Shown here: positions 1 to 12,117 of the stretch, piece after piece
Layout of the letters: the number at the start of each line of letters is the position of its first letter
Numbering within the stretch: the first letter of the stretch is position 1
NCBI GenBank assembly: GCA_022605425.2
Contig: CM061246.1
Location: forward strand, 372,001-436,000
Source: Hamiltosporidium tvaerminnensis FI-OER-3-3
Taxonomy: Eukaryota; Fungi; Microsporidia
Direction of reading: 5' to 3'
Length of the DNA: 64,000 bases
Notes under the pieces: model-generated
The model's database searches: none
The model's input: only the letters and a program-made list of their open reading frames with translations
Told to the model about the DNA's origin: nothing
Program-made: the position numbers and the translations under genes

Positions 1-2243
1 CGAAGTTTTTCAGTCACGTCATTTGGCAAGTCTTTCAATTTTGGTGGAAAATAGTAGCCAAAAAGTATGTTTTTAAGGTCTAGCTCATTACCAACGTTTT
101 CTAAAAATTTATAAGTTGAATAAACATAGTTTTCTTTGTTTTCTTTTTGGATTGTAGCAATTATTTCATTTTCTTTAACATAACTATTACATGGCTTAGT
201 AAATTTAATGATGCCTGAACAGGGTGCTTCAAGGAATATATTCATTTTCATTATTTCTATTTCGACATATTTCTCGTCTTTTAAAATAGCTTGCCCATCG
301 TTTTTCAGAAACCGAACTATTTTTCCTGCAGTTTTTGACCTTACATTATTTGAATTGAAGTCGAGCACAAATTTATGAATACATCCATCTATTTTCATAT
401 TATACAATAAATTGTCTTCTTTCTCCAAATATATTAATTTGGTCTTTCCAGTTTTTAATAAAATCAAATTTTTAGATAATATTTCATAACTAATTACTTT
501 AAACGTATTATTCAATTTAATTAATGCAGAATTAGTCGAAATAAAAAATAATTCAATATTGTAAACAATAGTATTGTATAAATATTCCACATTTATAGAC
601 TTCTGGTGTTTTTCTATAAAGTCAAATATCAAATTGTTTCTAACATTTTTATCTGAGTCTAAAATTTTTAAAATATCAAGACAGTATACTACAGGAAAGT
701 AAATAAAATTTAAATCTTCCTCGCCCAGTACATTCAAATAGTTTTTTTGTAAGAAATAATTGATAAATTCTGTATTATGCCTATAATTTAAAAATGATTC
801 GCTATCCAAAACAGAAATAAGAAAATCTTTTGGCGTCAAAATATTTTCTACTTTCAAACTCTTTAAAGCAAAGATCATGTTGCGAACAGCTTCTGTTCGC
901 GTCTTTCCTTTTGAAAAAATATGGCCAAACTGAGAGTCTGAAAACTCGTGTATTTTTCCGGATACAACCGAAAAGTAACCCCAATTGTTTTGATTGTTTT
1001 GAAAATGTAAAGATATTTTACCGGTTACGGGCTCTAAATTTTTTTTTGGATCTTCAGCTGTAATTCTTACGGCCAAAGCATGTATTTTTCTTTTCTTTAC
1101 ATTAAAAAGTTTAATAATTCGTTTCAATTTGATACCACTCGCAATCATCCATTGCGTAACAGGCAAATTAATTTGGTACAAAATTTCGGTAACGGGATGT
1201 TCTACTTGAATTCTTGAATTTACCTCTAAAAAATAATATGTACTTTTTTCAATGTCATATAAAAACTCTACAGTTGCTAATCCGACATAATTAGCTTTTT
1301 TAAGAAGTTTTTTTGCATCGTTTTTCATTTTTTTATAAATTCCTCTGCTAATCATGGCAGGACATTCTTCAACTAGTTTTTGATTTCTTCGTTGCAAAGT
1401 ACAATCTCGACTACCAAATATTTTTATATTCCCATAGCAGTCACCGGCTGCCTGTATTTCAATATGCTTCACGTTCTCAATTAGTTTTGAAGCAAATATA
1501 AATGTATTATTTGCTTCTTTTTTGATCTTTTCATATACTAAATTGAGTTCATTTGTTTCTCTAACAACTCCTATCCCCTTTCCGCCGCCCAATGAGCTGA
1601 CTTTAAAAACGATCGGTAAACCATATGTTTTAACAAACGGATCTATTTCATTGATATATGAACCTGGCATATCAGACATTAATTTATTAATTCTTTCTCT
1701 ATCAATCACATTTGTATCATTAAAAACAATACCAAATTCTTGAATAACCTTCTCCGAAACCAAAGATGGAATCACTGGAATATTTAGATTCATACACAGC
1801 AATAGGCTAATAAATTTATCTCCAAGCAAATACATTGAAATTTCAGAAGGACCCAAAAAAACAAGTTTATTTTCCTGTAATAGTTTTGCTAATTCCGGAT
1901 TTTCCGAAGAATATCCCCATCCTGGCCATACACCATCAACTTCGAAATATTTTGCTGTCTCAACAATGAGAGGTATGTTACAATAATTTAAATGTGCTGG
2001 TCCAGATTCTACTAATTTATAATTTTTTAATTTTTCGATATACAAATAATTTGATTCTAAATCTTCTTTAATCACCATTCCATAGAAGTAAAATATTTGT
2101 TTACCAAATTTTTTGTACGAAAATTCTTCCATCGAACTTATAAACTTTGTAGCCGCTAATCCTCTATTAGCTATCAAAAGTTTTCTAATACTTTTTGAAC
2201 AGCCATATTCTTCTAGAAACGTAGTAAAACACTTTTTCTTCAT
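1..2243 (-). CDS. ACC1: Acetyl-CoA carboxylase, N-terminal part (biotin carboxylase and biotin-carrier domains); continues beyond the left edge
   Basis: Manual translation from the ATG at 2243 gives MKKKCF...KLLIANRGLAATKFI...DGVWPGWGYSSENP, with the biotinylation motif YVEIEIMKM near 240-270. A CCC motif lies just upstream of the ATG. It is probably absent from the ORF track because the frame has no stop inside the window. Confidence 0.93.
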   Translation of the reverse strand, partial: MKKKCFTTFLEEYGCSKSIRKLLIANRGLAATKFISSMEEFSYKKFGKQIFYFYGMVIKEDLESNYLYIEKLKNYKLVESGPAHLNYCNIPLIVETAKYFEVDGVWPGWGYSSENPELAKLLQENKLVFLGPSEISMYLLGDKFISLLLCMNLNIPVIPSLVSEKVIQEFGIVFNDTNVIDRERINKLMSDMPGSYINEIDPFVKTYGLPIVFKVSSLGGGKGIGVVRETNELNLVYEKIKKEANNTFIFASKLIENVKHIEIQAAGDCYGNIKIFGSRDCTLQRRNQKLVEECPAMISRGIYKKMKNDAKKLLKKANYVGLATVEFLYDIEKSTYYFLEVNSRIQVEHPVTEILYQINLPVTQWMIASGIKLKRIIKLFNVKKRKIHALAVRITAEDPKKNLEPVTGKISLHFQNNQNNWGYFSVVSGKIHEFSDSQFGHIFSKGKTRTEAVRNMIFALKSLKVENILTPKDFLISVLDSESFLNYRHNTEFINYFLQKNYLNVLGEEDLNFIYFPVVYCLDILKILDSDKNVRNNLIFDFIEKHQKSINVEYLYNTIVYNIELFFISTNSALIKLNNTFKVISYEILSKNLILLKTGKTKLIYLEKEDNLLYNMKIDGCIHKFVLDFNSNNVRSKTAGKIVRFLKNDGQAILKDEKYVEIEIMKMNIFLEAPCSGIIKFTKPCNSYVKENEIIATIQKENKENYVYSTYKFLENVGNELDLKNILFGYYFPPKLKDLPNDVTEKL

Positions 2244-3065
2244 CTATTGATGGGTAAACAAATGTGTTTATAAATTTATATTTCATTTATTCCAATTGGA
2301 TTATTTCATTTACATTTTTTTCAATTTATACAGTTTTAGATAAAGAAAAATATAATTTATGTCTTTTTTTGGTAACAAATTATTCTACAGATTTACAAAC
2401 AAAATATTGGTTTAGCATTTTTTATAAAGAAATGATTAGTTAAGGTCTTAAAACATTTTTTAAGCTAATCAATACTCTTTAAAAAAGTTTCAGAAAAATT
2501 TCAGAATTCTAGAATTTAAAAAAATAAATTAAAAAGTCGTAAACAATAGAATTATTACAAATACATTAGCAAACCTTAAAGGTTTTAGCATATAAAAAGA
2601 TAGTAAATAGCTAATAGAAATGTAGAATTGTACTTCAAAACACATAAAATACATTTATTTCTAAAAATATATTTTTAGCTAAATTTTTGAACAAAAAAAT
2701 CTGCTTTTTTATAGAATAATTTATATATTTCAAAGATTTTTGTATTCCAAAAAAAATTGCATACGTATTTATTTTTTATGATTTTATATGATGGAAAATA
2801 TTCAATGTTTATTATAAATTTTTAAATTTCAATCTTTACAAATTTAGACAAATTAAATATTTGTTTTACATTTTTACATTCCGTCTAAGTGAACATGGCA
2901 TAAAAATAATTAAAAATTAACTTTTTGGCTTGAATTAGATATAGGATTCATATTTATGATAACCAGGTTTTAAAAATTGTCTTTTAGTTGAATATTTAAT
3001 TGTACTTTACTATATAATGCTATAGAGTCAGTTCCATTTTTGCAATAATGTTATAAAAGAAGGCG

Positions 3066-3800
3066 TTATATTTTAAAGAAATATATCTTTTTTAAGGAAA
3101 AGGGTTTTTTCTATCCTGTTTTCATAATATTAATGTAGTTTTTGGTTTTACACAAATGACAGCCTCCTCAAAACTCTATCGGTATACCTCAAAAAGACTA
3201 CACTTCTAGGCTTCTCTTCAAAAAAATGTTTGAAGCGTTGTTTAAACGATTGGGATATTCACTTGGAGGTGTAAAATATGTGTTGCCTATGTATTATTGT
3301 AGGCCAAAATATACTTTGAGCTCCCTCGAGACTAGCACAAATACCAATTACCCTATACTTTCTAAACGAAATAGACTTCCAGGCTAGATGTATCTCTGCT
3401 ACTTATATGGGATTCACCTATAAGTTGCAATTACATACCAACGAGTATAAAAACTTGTTACCAAATGTTCCCGAGCTTTGAAATCACATGTTTTTCGGTG
3501 GCTCTTAGCTAAAATTTTTTAATCGAGTCTGTAAGGCTAGGTTTCCATGTCATAAAATAAGAAGTTTCTACGAGTTAAACTGCGTCTGCAATGTAGTTAG
3601 TTACATAAAAAACAAAAAACTTTCTTGTTATAAGAGGTTTCACCATTTTGTAGACTTTCACTCCTTAATGCAAATTCCAAAGAAGCAATCAAACATGTAT
3701 CTTGGTTTTGATTCTACTAAAAACCGAAACAATGATTTTTCATCAATTTCATTCAATCTTTGCGAACACATAGATTTTAATAAGTTGTACTTCCTCCATT
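3066..3800 (-). mobile_element. Old, diverged copy (D) of the ~730-bp non-coding retroposed element
   Basis: The reverse complement matches the family along its length: 5' ATGGAGGAAG..., ATCATTGTTT, AAATGGTGAAAC, TTTTTTATGTAAC, CATGGAAACCTAGCCTT, TACCGATAGA and 3' ATGAAAACA...AAAAAAGATAT. Boundaries are approximate. Confidence 0.75.
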
Positions 3801-5229
3801 AATAAAGAACGATTTTATGAATTTAACGAATTTAAACATTTATAATCATTTTCATAGTGCTAAGGAAGTAGAGAATATATTTTGGAATTGAAATCTTGAA
3901 TTTGATATTGATATATTTATATTTTTCTTCATAAAAAAGCAAAACTATGTATAAAATATCCTCGATAAGGCTTTTTAATATTTAATTTTTTAGATTTAAT
4001 ACACCACAATAATAATTTCTTATGAGACAATTACAAAGTGTAATCAAATGCATTATTTTCTGGAATTCAATACATCTGATTTTAATATAATATTCGTATC
4101 AATTAATTATTAAATTTAAATCAAAGCTTGTACTTTCAGAAAACAAGAATGAATTACTACTAAAATTATATTCTAAATAGGAAATATATAACCAATCTAA
4201 GAGGATAAAAAATTTGTTTCTTAAAACATTTCAAACCTGATAAGACAATATTATACAAATAATATCTTTATGAATATCGAATTATTATAATAGTTTCAGA
4301 TTTGTAGTTCACAAACAATAATAGTAATTTTCATATTTAATTGTCTCTATTTATCTATGAACTCCTTTGTTTGTGCGTTCTTTTTGATTTTTTCTTCATA
4401 TATGCACATAATATAAGTAATTCAAAAATCTAGTGTGACCAACTTTAAAAATCAAAATTTTCAAAGTCTCTTTTTTTATTTAAAGCATACATAACTTAAT
4501 TTTTAGTCAATGAGAAGATGTATATATAACTGCTTTCTTAGTATATCGAATGAAATAGTGGCTTTAAGATACTGAAAGTATATTTTATATCGCTGTACAT
4601 ATATCTAATGAGAAGTTTTTAGAATACAAAAAGAAGATTAATTAGATTTTGACTTAAAATTAAGTTAATAATAAAATCTGTGAAGAATTTTACTGCGTTT
4701 ATAGATAATTTGACTACATTTCATAAGATCGGATCAAAATTTTATTTCTAAGAATTTAAAATATAAGTTTGAAATGATTAAACAATATGGAAAATTTAAA
4801 TGCCCATCGGTTATATTCTTGTATTTTGAAGTTTATTAATTTAATTTTTTTATCTTTCGCGCTAGAGTTAAATCTAATAATATTTATATAAAAATATACT
4901 AGTTGCTATAAACTAGTCAAACTAAATTTATGTACCGAATAAAATGAACAGAAGGCTGTGCATATTTTATAATGATGTCTAAAAATACATTTAGCATATG
5001 ATTTTAGGTTTTATAGACAAATTATGTCTTGTTTTACAATCTTTTTAATTCAACTTCATATATCTGCATTATTATTAGCTAAAAAGCAGCGTTTTTTTAG
5101 CAAATTACGAAATATAGTTATTAATTACATTTTTCTATAAAAAATACATAATTTACCAATAAAAACAGGTAATATAAAACAAAGGAAATTTTAAAAACAT
5201 ATAATCACAAAAAATTTAATCTTAAATTT

Positions 5230-6555
5230 CTATGAAACCGAAAGAATATTATATTTTTCGGATTCTTGTAAATTAAAGTATCTTTTATCGGTAAGACTCC
5301 GATCATAAATATTAAACAATTCTGGATTCATGTTCCTAAGTTCCTCGGGTTTGATTACATAAAAATAAACCAAAAATTGTGAGGATGTATATATCAGTTC
5401 AAGAAAACACAACAAAAATAAAGAAATTATAGGTAAAGAAGATTCAAAAGTATATTTCTTAAATATTTGATGTTCATTAAAAAAATATGTCGTGGTTGCT
5501 GACAACAAAAGAATGAATGGCATGAAACATTCATATATTTTTATATCATCACAAAGTCTTTTTGTATTAGAATGAATATACAATTTATAAGAATCATACA
5601 TTGCATTAAAGTATGGTAAATTATTAACTGCTGCATAGATCATTATCAATGGATTATCATAAACTATTGCATCTTTTATAAAAAAATGAATTACCGATAA
5701 CGGAAAGTCATAAATACTTTTTAAAAAATAGATTATTTTACTATCAGATTCTCTTATTCTCGGTCTTTTTATTCGTTTAAAAATGAATATAAATGGAAAA
5801 ATAAGTGCAGCTAAATAAACTGTTCCAAGAATATATATTGTATCCTTAACTGTTCTACTTCTTGTTGTTCCAGTTATCTTGTTGTACATTGAAAAAGATA
5901 GAAACGCTCTTGTACCCTTTACAATTACAAGAAATGCCCAACATCCTAAAAAATATGTAAGAAAACTATTAAAAATATTGTCTTCGGGATTAAGATTTTG
6001 TATGCCTCTTGATAAAGAGATAAACAAATAGGATTTAAAATATAAAAATGTAAAAGCCATAAAGATATCAAATATTTCACTCCTAAGAAAATCTCGAACA
6101 GAATCAATAAGCACAATATTATACGCAATTTTGTTTCTAAAATAAAATAAAAACATTAAAATAGAAACAACCAGAAAAAAAACAAAAATTCCAGCACATG
6201 TAATAACGTATATCGTAGAATTCTGTATAAATTTTTGCTTGTCCTTAAAGATGAAACATAAAAATGGAACAGAAATTACTGAAAATGAAAAGAATGAAAA
6301 TATAACCAACTTTTTAGGAATTTTTGTGCCAATAATCGATAGAAGAGTCATTATTCCAATCATAAAAATAAACGAAGATACACAAAAATATAGATGTTCA
6401 AGTATTGATTTGTAACTGATTCTAATATTCCCCAAATGTGTCAACACATTTTTAGAAAGGTAAATGTATAATAAAATATATACAAGTGGGCACCATAAAT
6501 CTTTAATACTAGAAGCTGAATTTTTTTTCTCTGATTGTATATTTATTACGTCCAT
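5230..6555 (-). CDS. Choline transporter-like (PNS1/CTL/SLC44) multi-pass membrane protein
   Basis: Many hydrophobic segments, with family-like motifs KDLW, GTVYLAALI (~GSICFGSLI) and YDNPLIMIYAAVNNLPYFNAMYDSYKL (~YFNxYAYxxIAxYGxxYxxAAxxxWxL). The track start is a TTG at 6594; the ATG at 6555, preceded by CCC, was chosen (alternative ATG at 6579). Confidence 0.7.
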   Translation of the reverse strand: MDVINIQSEKKNSASSIKDLWCPLVYILLYIYLSKNVLTHLGNIRISYKSILEHLYFCVSSFIFMIGIMTLLSIIGTKIPKKLVIFSFFSFSVISVPFLCFIFKDKQKFIQNSTIYVITCAGIFVFFLVVSILMFLFYFRNKIAYNIVLIDSVRDFLRSEIFDIFMAFTFLYFKSYLFISLSRGIQNLNPEDNIFNSFLTYFLGCWAFLVIVKGTRAFLSFSMYNKITGTTRSRTVKDTIYILGTVYLAALIFPFIFIFKRIKRPRIRESDSKIIYFLKSIYDFPLSVIHFFIKDAIVYDNPLIMIYAAVNNLPYFNAMYDSYKLYIHSNTKRLCDDIKIYECFMPFILLLSATTTYFFNEHQIFKKYTFESSLPIISLFLLCFLELIYTSSQFLVYFYVIKPEELRNMNPELFNIYDRSLTDKRYFNLQESEKYNILSVS

Positions 6556-8782
6556 TTTCTTTTGTATGGGTTGATACATATATTTATGTTTCAAAGATAA
6601 GAAATGTTATTTTTAGCACTTTTATTTGTTAATATCACTTAAAAAGGAGAAAATTAAAATTATGATAATTTTATCAAATTTCTATTTTAATATCTAAGAT
6701 TATTACTAATTCAATATAATTTATGATAAAAAAAGAATCCAATTAATATTAATTTTTTCAAAATTACATCTTATAAATATTTATAATGTAAGCTTTATTT
6801 TATTCTAAAATAGGAATAATATTGTAATTAATAAATATAATAACGATATTTAAAAAAGGAAAACAATAATATTTAAGGCTTTTTTTGGTAGAAAATTTAT
6901 ATTTTTGCAATGATTTTAAATTTTTTAAAAAAAACAAGATTTTTTTTATTAAAACACAACAAAAACAAAAATATTTGGTTTACATCTTGAAATAAACACA
7001 TTATTAATGATATTTTATTTATAAAAACGAGAAATAATGTAATGTTTTAGATCAAATGTTTAACTGAATACAAGGATTAAAATACATTATTTATGATTGT
7101 TTCAAGAAAAAATGCAATATTTTTAGCTTAACTACGCAAATTAATGTACTTATAATTTACATTTGTAATTTATTTACATAAGATACAAACCTTACCTAAA
7201 TTATTCAGTCATTTTTTCAAATAAAAAAAAACTTGTTGTTTACTATTTTGTAATAAGTAATTATCTAATGAATTCAATAAAGAATCTTGATTTTATAATC
7301 TGTAACTTGTATATTTCTACTTAAATAAAAATTAAAGTTAAGTTTTATTTGTGAATGAAATTTAGATTTAAAGTAATTAGAAGTTGTTGGATGTGCACAA
7401 TATTAGACAATGTTTAAATATTTGTCTAATATTAAGATTTTTTTTATATTTTGGATTATTTTTTTATTTTTGACATTGTTCAGCAAATCAAGTATTAATG
7501 GTCGTTTAAAACACTTAACTCGTCTTTTTAAGACTCTTTATAATTTTTTTCCCCTTCTGGGTATATATTTGTTTCTAGGTTATGCATATTTTTAATACAC
7601 CGTAAAGATACCATCTCTTATTGAAATATAGCGAATTATGCAACAAGTACATCAAAAGAATACTAAATTTGTAAAATTTTATATTTTCTTTGTCTTTTTG
7701 TCAATAAAATACGAAAATAGTGTTTTAAGACAAAGTATCTACTGTATGTAAAAGTGTTATTTCACCTTCTTTAATCTTTAAAATATATGAAATATAATTT
7801 GTCTCTGAGCAGATTTACTTAATGGATTAATGTATGTTTTTAGCAAATATTGATTTTAATTTTTTTAAAGATACTTTTCATTTTGATATAAGAAAATAAA
7901 GATTAGCTAAATTTATACTTACTAATGTAACGTTATGTAATAATAACACAAAAACATTTAAAATAGGTACTTAACATATTCTATCAATTTAAACCTTTGC
8001 GTTTTTAGAATATTTTATGAACCAAATTAAAAGCGTATTAAATTTTTAATCTTCAAGAATAGTTATATAATTTGAAAAGATTGGGATACAATTCATATCT
8101 TTATAGTGGTTATAATATGGCTCTTCAGAATGCTATCAATATATTTTCAAAGGGTTTTTATTTAACAAGTAAAATATTATTCTAATGATTTCCATACTCT
8201 TTAATCAATTACATTCCACGAAAAATGGTTCTACACAATTTTTAAAACTTAAATTAAATCGTTAAAAGTCTAAACATAGAATGAAAATATTCTTTCTCAA
8301 ACTTAATGAAACCTTGTTTTATTTAGAGATCATGATTAATTTCTTTGTGAATACCAAATTAATGTTTTTAAAAAGGTATTTCTTATTATAAATTACTATT
8401 TTTTTTTGTTTCACGTCTTAAATTTAGTTAATATTATGCTATAAGTAGAAGATTTAAACTATGATTCAATCACATAGTATCAAATTCTAAAGCTACACAA
8501 ACCCAGTATATAAAGGAAGGATATTCCATTCGAAAACAAGGTTTTTTTTATTATTAAAATTTTTTTACATGACAAATTTACTTTAAATTACGAAGTATTA
8601 AAACCTAATTACAAATCTTCTATCAAAATGGAAATATAGAATGTAAAAAAATTACTAAAATTTATCTTTCAATCTAAAATAAAAATCTCTGATATTAAAA
8701 GTTTGATACATTTAATGGACAATGTTATTACAAAAAACAGTATACTTATACAAAAAAAATGAAAATTTTAATAAAATAATTA

Positions 8783-9949
8783 TTAAATAGATTTATAAGT
8801 TGTTTCAAAAACATAAATTATCTCTACGATAAAAATAAGCAATATACTTCCCAAAAAATCACTTGAACTTGTAAGTAACGGTAAAGTAAAAACGCCCAGT
8901 TCTCTTTGGTTAAGTCTAGATGCTGCACATTCTACCATTCTAAGCAAGAGACAAACATCTACAACAAAGAATACCACGAATAAAACCATAAACGCAGTTG
9001 AATAACGTATCAATACAAAATAAGATAATGTAACATAAAATATAGAAGATACTAAAGATATCACGATTAAAGAGACAAAAGATTGTTTTCTATTATGTGG
9101 CCTTTCATATTGTAACGAAGTTACTGTCTTGCTAAGATATATATAGGATATAGAACAAGTTAATCCACAAAATACAGGTATTGTAGAAGCTAAAACATTA
9201 TGTTTTTTTGAAAAAAACTGTACCGCAATACCACTGATACTTGATAGAATATATGTTGTTAAAAGTATTTCAAACGATTGTAAAGGTATTCTATAAGTAC
9301 TTATTATTGAAAGATATATCGGTAACGGAAGTATAACTATCATAATTAAAATTATTACATAGCAACTAACCAAATCTAAATTATTAAATCTACTTGTGAA
9401 AAAAGTAAGTGAATACACAGCTAAATATTCACCAAAAGATGATATTGTTGGCAGTACAACATTATCTGGATTAATATTACATTTTTTTGTAATTCCGATA
9501 GCTACAATAAGAAGTACAACAATAAATGCGGTACTTAATGTACAGGAAACAAGACAAATAGGCAAAATTCTAATTAAGTTTTTAAAAACTAACGGATAAC
9601 TAAAGATATTCTTAGCAATTCCTATCAATCCTACTGTCAATCCAATAATAATTGATTGCGATAATAATAAACACGAATTATCAAAAGAATATCGAATATA
9701 TTTTTTTAAACTACATGATGTAGAATTACTAAGTGACGAAATATGCAAAGCATATATTAATTCCGCATTTCCTTTAAAGTTCAAAATACAATTTGAAATC
9801 AAAAGAATTGGATAATATTGTATAGAAGATGTTTTGAGTGCTTTATCTAAACAGTTTCCAGCGAGAGCCAACCCTACTAGAGATATAAAAAGACTTGGTA
9901 AAGACTGTATATATATCGATGAACCATATGTTGTATTATCTATAAGCAT
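8783..9949 (-). CDS. SLC41/MgtE-family divalent cation (Mg2+) transporter
   Basis: 388-aa polytopic protein with SLC41 motifs LNFKGNAELIYALHIS (~LGLKGNLEMTLASRLS), NPDNVVLPTISSFGE (~NPDNVATPIAASLGD) and PLLTSSSDFLG (~PYLTALGDLLG). Confidence 0.85.
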   Translation of the reverse strand: MLIDNTTYGSSIYIQSLPSLFISLVGLALAGNCLDKALKTSSIQYYPILLISNCILNFKGNAELIYALHISSLSNSTSCSLKKYIRYSFDNSCLLLSQSIIIGLTVGLIGIAKNIFSYPLVFKNLIRILPICLVSCTLSTAFIVVLLIVAIGITKKCNINPDNVVLPTISSFGEYLAVYSLTFFTSRFNNLDLVSCYVIILIMIVILPLPIYLSIISTYRIPLQSFEILLTTYILSSISGIAVQFFSKKHNVLASTIPVFCGLTCSISYIYLSKTVTSLQYERPHNRKQSFVSLIVISLVSSIFYVTLSYFVLIRYSTAFMVLFVVFFVVDVCLLLRMVECAASRLNQRELGVFTLPLLTSSSDFLGSILLIFIVEIIYVFETTYKSI

Positions 9950-10322
9950 ACCGGTTTCCTAAAAAATAATAATTGGTATTTTAAATTGTTTATCTTTAAA
10001 ACATTTTGTTTTAATCCTGATCTCAACGTTTTACTTTATTTATTTATTAAAAATCTTTTATCAAAGAATACAGTTTAAATTTACATTGATTGATTCAAAC
10101 ATTCCAAATAAGAAAAATAAATTATATTTGATTTAATCCTACACCCAAAACTCTGTATCAAATATTTTTAATTTATCAAAACAAATTTCTTTATTACACA
10201 ACAAAATTTTATACTTTATATTTCAATAATTCTTTAATTTCTTTTTAAAAACAAGTTCCATGTATTGAAACCATTGAATTTATTTTTTATCTAAATCAAA
10301 ATTTTGTAAATTTTTCTTTAAT

Positions 10323-10713
10323 ATCTACATTTTTAATTAATTTAATGAAAAAATATTTAACAATTTCATATTAAAACTCATAAATATTCTCTAAAATCTA
10401 CATTTCTAATTAATTTAATCAAAAAATATTTAACGATTTCATATTAAAACTCATAAATATTTCTCTAAAATCTACATTTTTAATTAATTTAATGAAAAAA
10501 TATTTACCGATTTCATATTAAAACTCATAAATATTCTCTAAAATCTACATTTTTAATTAATTTAATGAAAAAATATTTACCGATTTCATATTAAAACTCA
10601 TAAATATTCTCTAAAATCTACATTTCTAATTAATTTAATCAAAAAATATTTAACGATTTCATATTAAAACTCATAAATATTTCTCTAAAATCTACATTTT
10701 TAATTAATTTAAT
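10323..10713. repeat. Tandem repeat, 73-74 bp unit, ~5.3 copies
   Basis: TCTACAT...AAACTCATAAATATTCTCTAAAA recurs at 10324, 10397, 10471, 10544, 10617 and 10691. Confidence 0.95.
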
Positions 10714-10814
10714 AAAATTAATATATAAATATCCCGTATAAATTTCACAAAAAAATGCAAAATTTTATTAAAATATAAATAAAAACTGCAATAATGTAAA
10801 TATTTACAACCTTT

Positions 10815-11000
10815 AGACACCTCTAATTTATAAGACAATTTATATTTCTCTTAAATAAAAACAACTAACAATAAATCTAAGACCTCTATTTATATAACAA
10901 TTTTTATTTTTTTAGATATACTGTACTAGCAATAACTCTAAAAACCTCTATTTATATAACTACTTTTATTTCTCTAGGATATACACTACTAGCAATATCA
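10815..11000. repeat. Degenerate ~63-bp tandem repeat (~3 copies) overlapping the stop codon of the 10952-11725 gene
   Basis: ACCTCTA(A/T)TT...ATA...ACTA(A/G)CAATA units start at ~10819, ~10882 and ~10945. Confidence 0.7.
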
Positions 11001-11725
11001 ACCTGTGTAGATCTTTTATACATAACACACCCAATACCAGCAGATAAAATAGATATAACAAAGGGAGAAACCACAACTATAAATTTATATTCAATATCTT
11101 TCCATATATCAATTATAATATAAGATATAATAAATACATTAATTAATATATTTATCCCAGCAAGTACAAAATAGTTTATAACTATTTTTAATTCTAAAAA
11201 TAAATCTTTATAACTTTCATATCCCGTCAAACATTTTATTTCATATATTTCTATACAATATATAAGTATTTGTAAAAATATTAAACCCAGCAACAAAGAT
11301 ACAAGCACCAACAAATTAGAATAGTATATATCTCCATTAACATACATATTATTACTTAATATATTTCTACCTAAACTTATATCATATTTCTTTAAAAATA
11401 TAAAAAAAACTGAATTTATATCCAATACAAGTAAATACATCATAAAAACATATAAACAGCAATAAAAATTACATTTTTTTAAAGAACGTATAAATTCATG
11501 TGTAAATAATCCCAAGGCAGATAAAATTATAGCATTAGAAAAACATGGTAACAGTATAAAAATAAAAGTCATTATAAATATAGACATTTCATTAAATAAG
11601 AAGTCATTGGTGTATTTCTGTAATGTATCTAACAAATATATAAGTGTACAGTTATATTTCTGTGTCATAAATAGAAATATTACTAAAGATATAAGTATTA
11701 ATAATATTTTCTTATCTTTCAACAT
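10952..11725 (-). CDS. Hypothetical multi-pass membrane protein (257 aa)
   Basis: Long ORF in very AT-rich DNA with ~6 hydrophobic segments; no family recognised. Confidence 0.65.
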   Translation of the reverse strand: MLKDKKILLILISLVIFLFMTQKYNCTLIYLLDTLQKYTNDFLFNEMSIFIMTFIFILLPCFSNAIILSALGLFTHEFIRSLKKCNFYCCLYVFMMYLLVLDINSVFFIFLKKYDISLGRNILSNNMYVNGDIYYSNLLVLVSLLLGLIFLQILIYCIEIYEIKCLTGYESYKDLFLELKIVINYFVLAGINILINVFIISYIIIDIWKDIEYKFIVVVSPFVISILSAGIGCVMYKRSTQVDIASSVYPREIKVVI

Positions 11726-11806
11726 ATTGTTTATGCTTTATGATATATTTTTTTTTTATTTTAAATTAATAATTTGTACTTTTTAAGTAAATTGTTGTTT
11801 ATTAAA

Positions 11807-11990
11807 AATTTAATAAAAAAAATAGGATTTGAAGATTTGAGGATTAATAATTGATAGATAATTGGTGAAGAGAAAGAGGATAGAGAATAAATAATTTAAT
11901 AAAAAAAATAGGGTTTGAAGATTTGAGGATTAATAATTGATAGATAATTGGTGAAGAGAAAGAGGATAGAGAATAAATAATTTAATATAA
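11807..11990. repeat. Tandem duplication, ~86 bp x2
   Basis: AATTTAATAAAAAAAATAGG.TTTGAAGATTTGAGGATTAATAATTGATAGATAATTGGTGAAGAGAAAGAGGATAGAGAATAAAT occurs twice, nearly identically. Confidence 0.9.
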
Positions 11991-12117
11991 AAAATAAATA
12001 TTTTTAAATATATAAGAACGACAGGCAAAATAAATTAAGAAAAGTAAAGTAAAATTTTAATAATTATTAATTCTAATATTTTCTCTTTTCTGAAATATTA
12101 TCTATCCTTATAATCTA

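Noticed and set aside
802-1743. Short track ORFs at 802, 830 and 1522, and similar <110-aa ORFs overlapping HSF, DNA2, SF3B2 and CYR1
   Set aside because: They overlap well-supported genes in another frame or strand and have no independent support.
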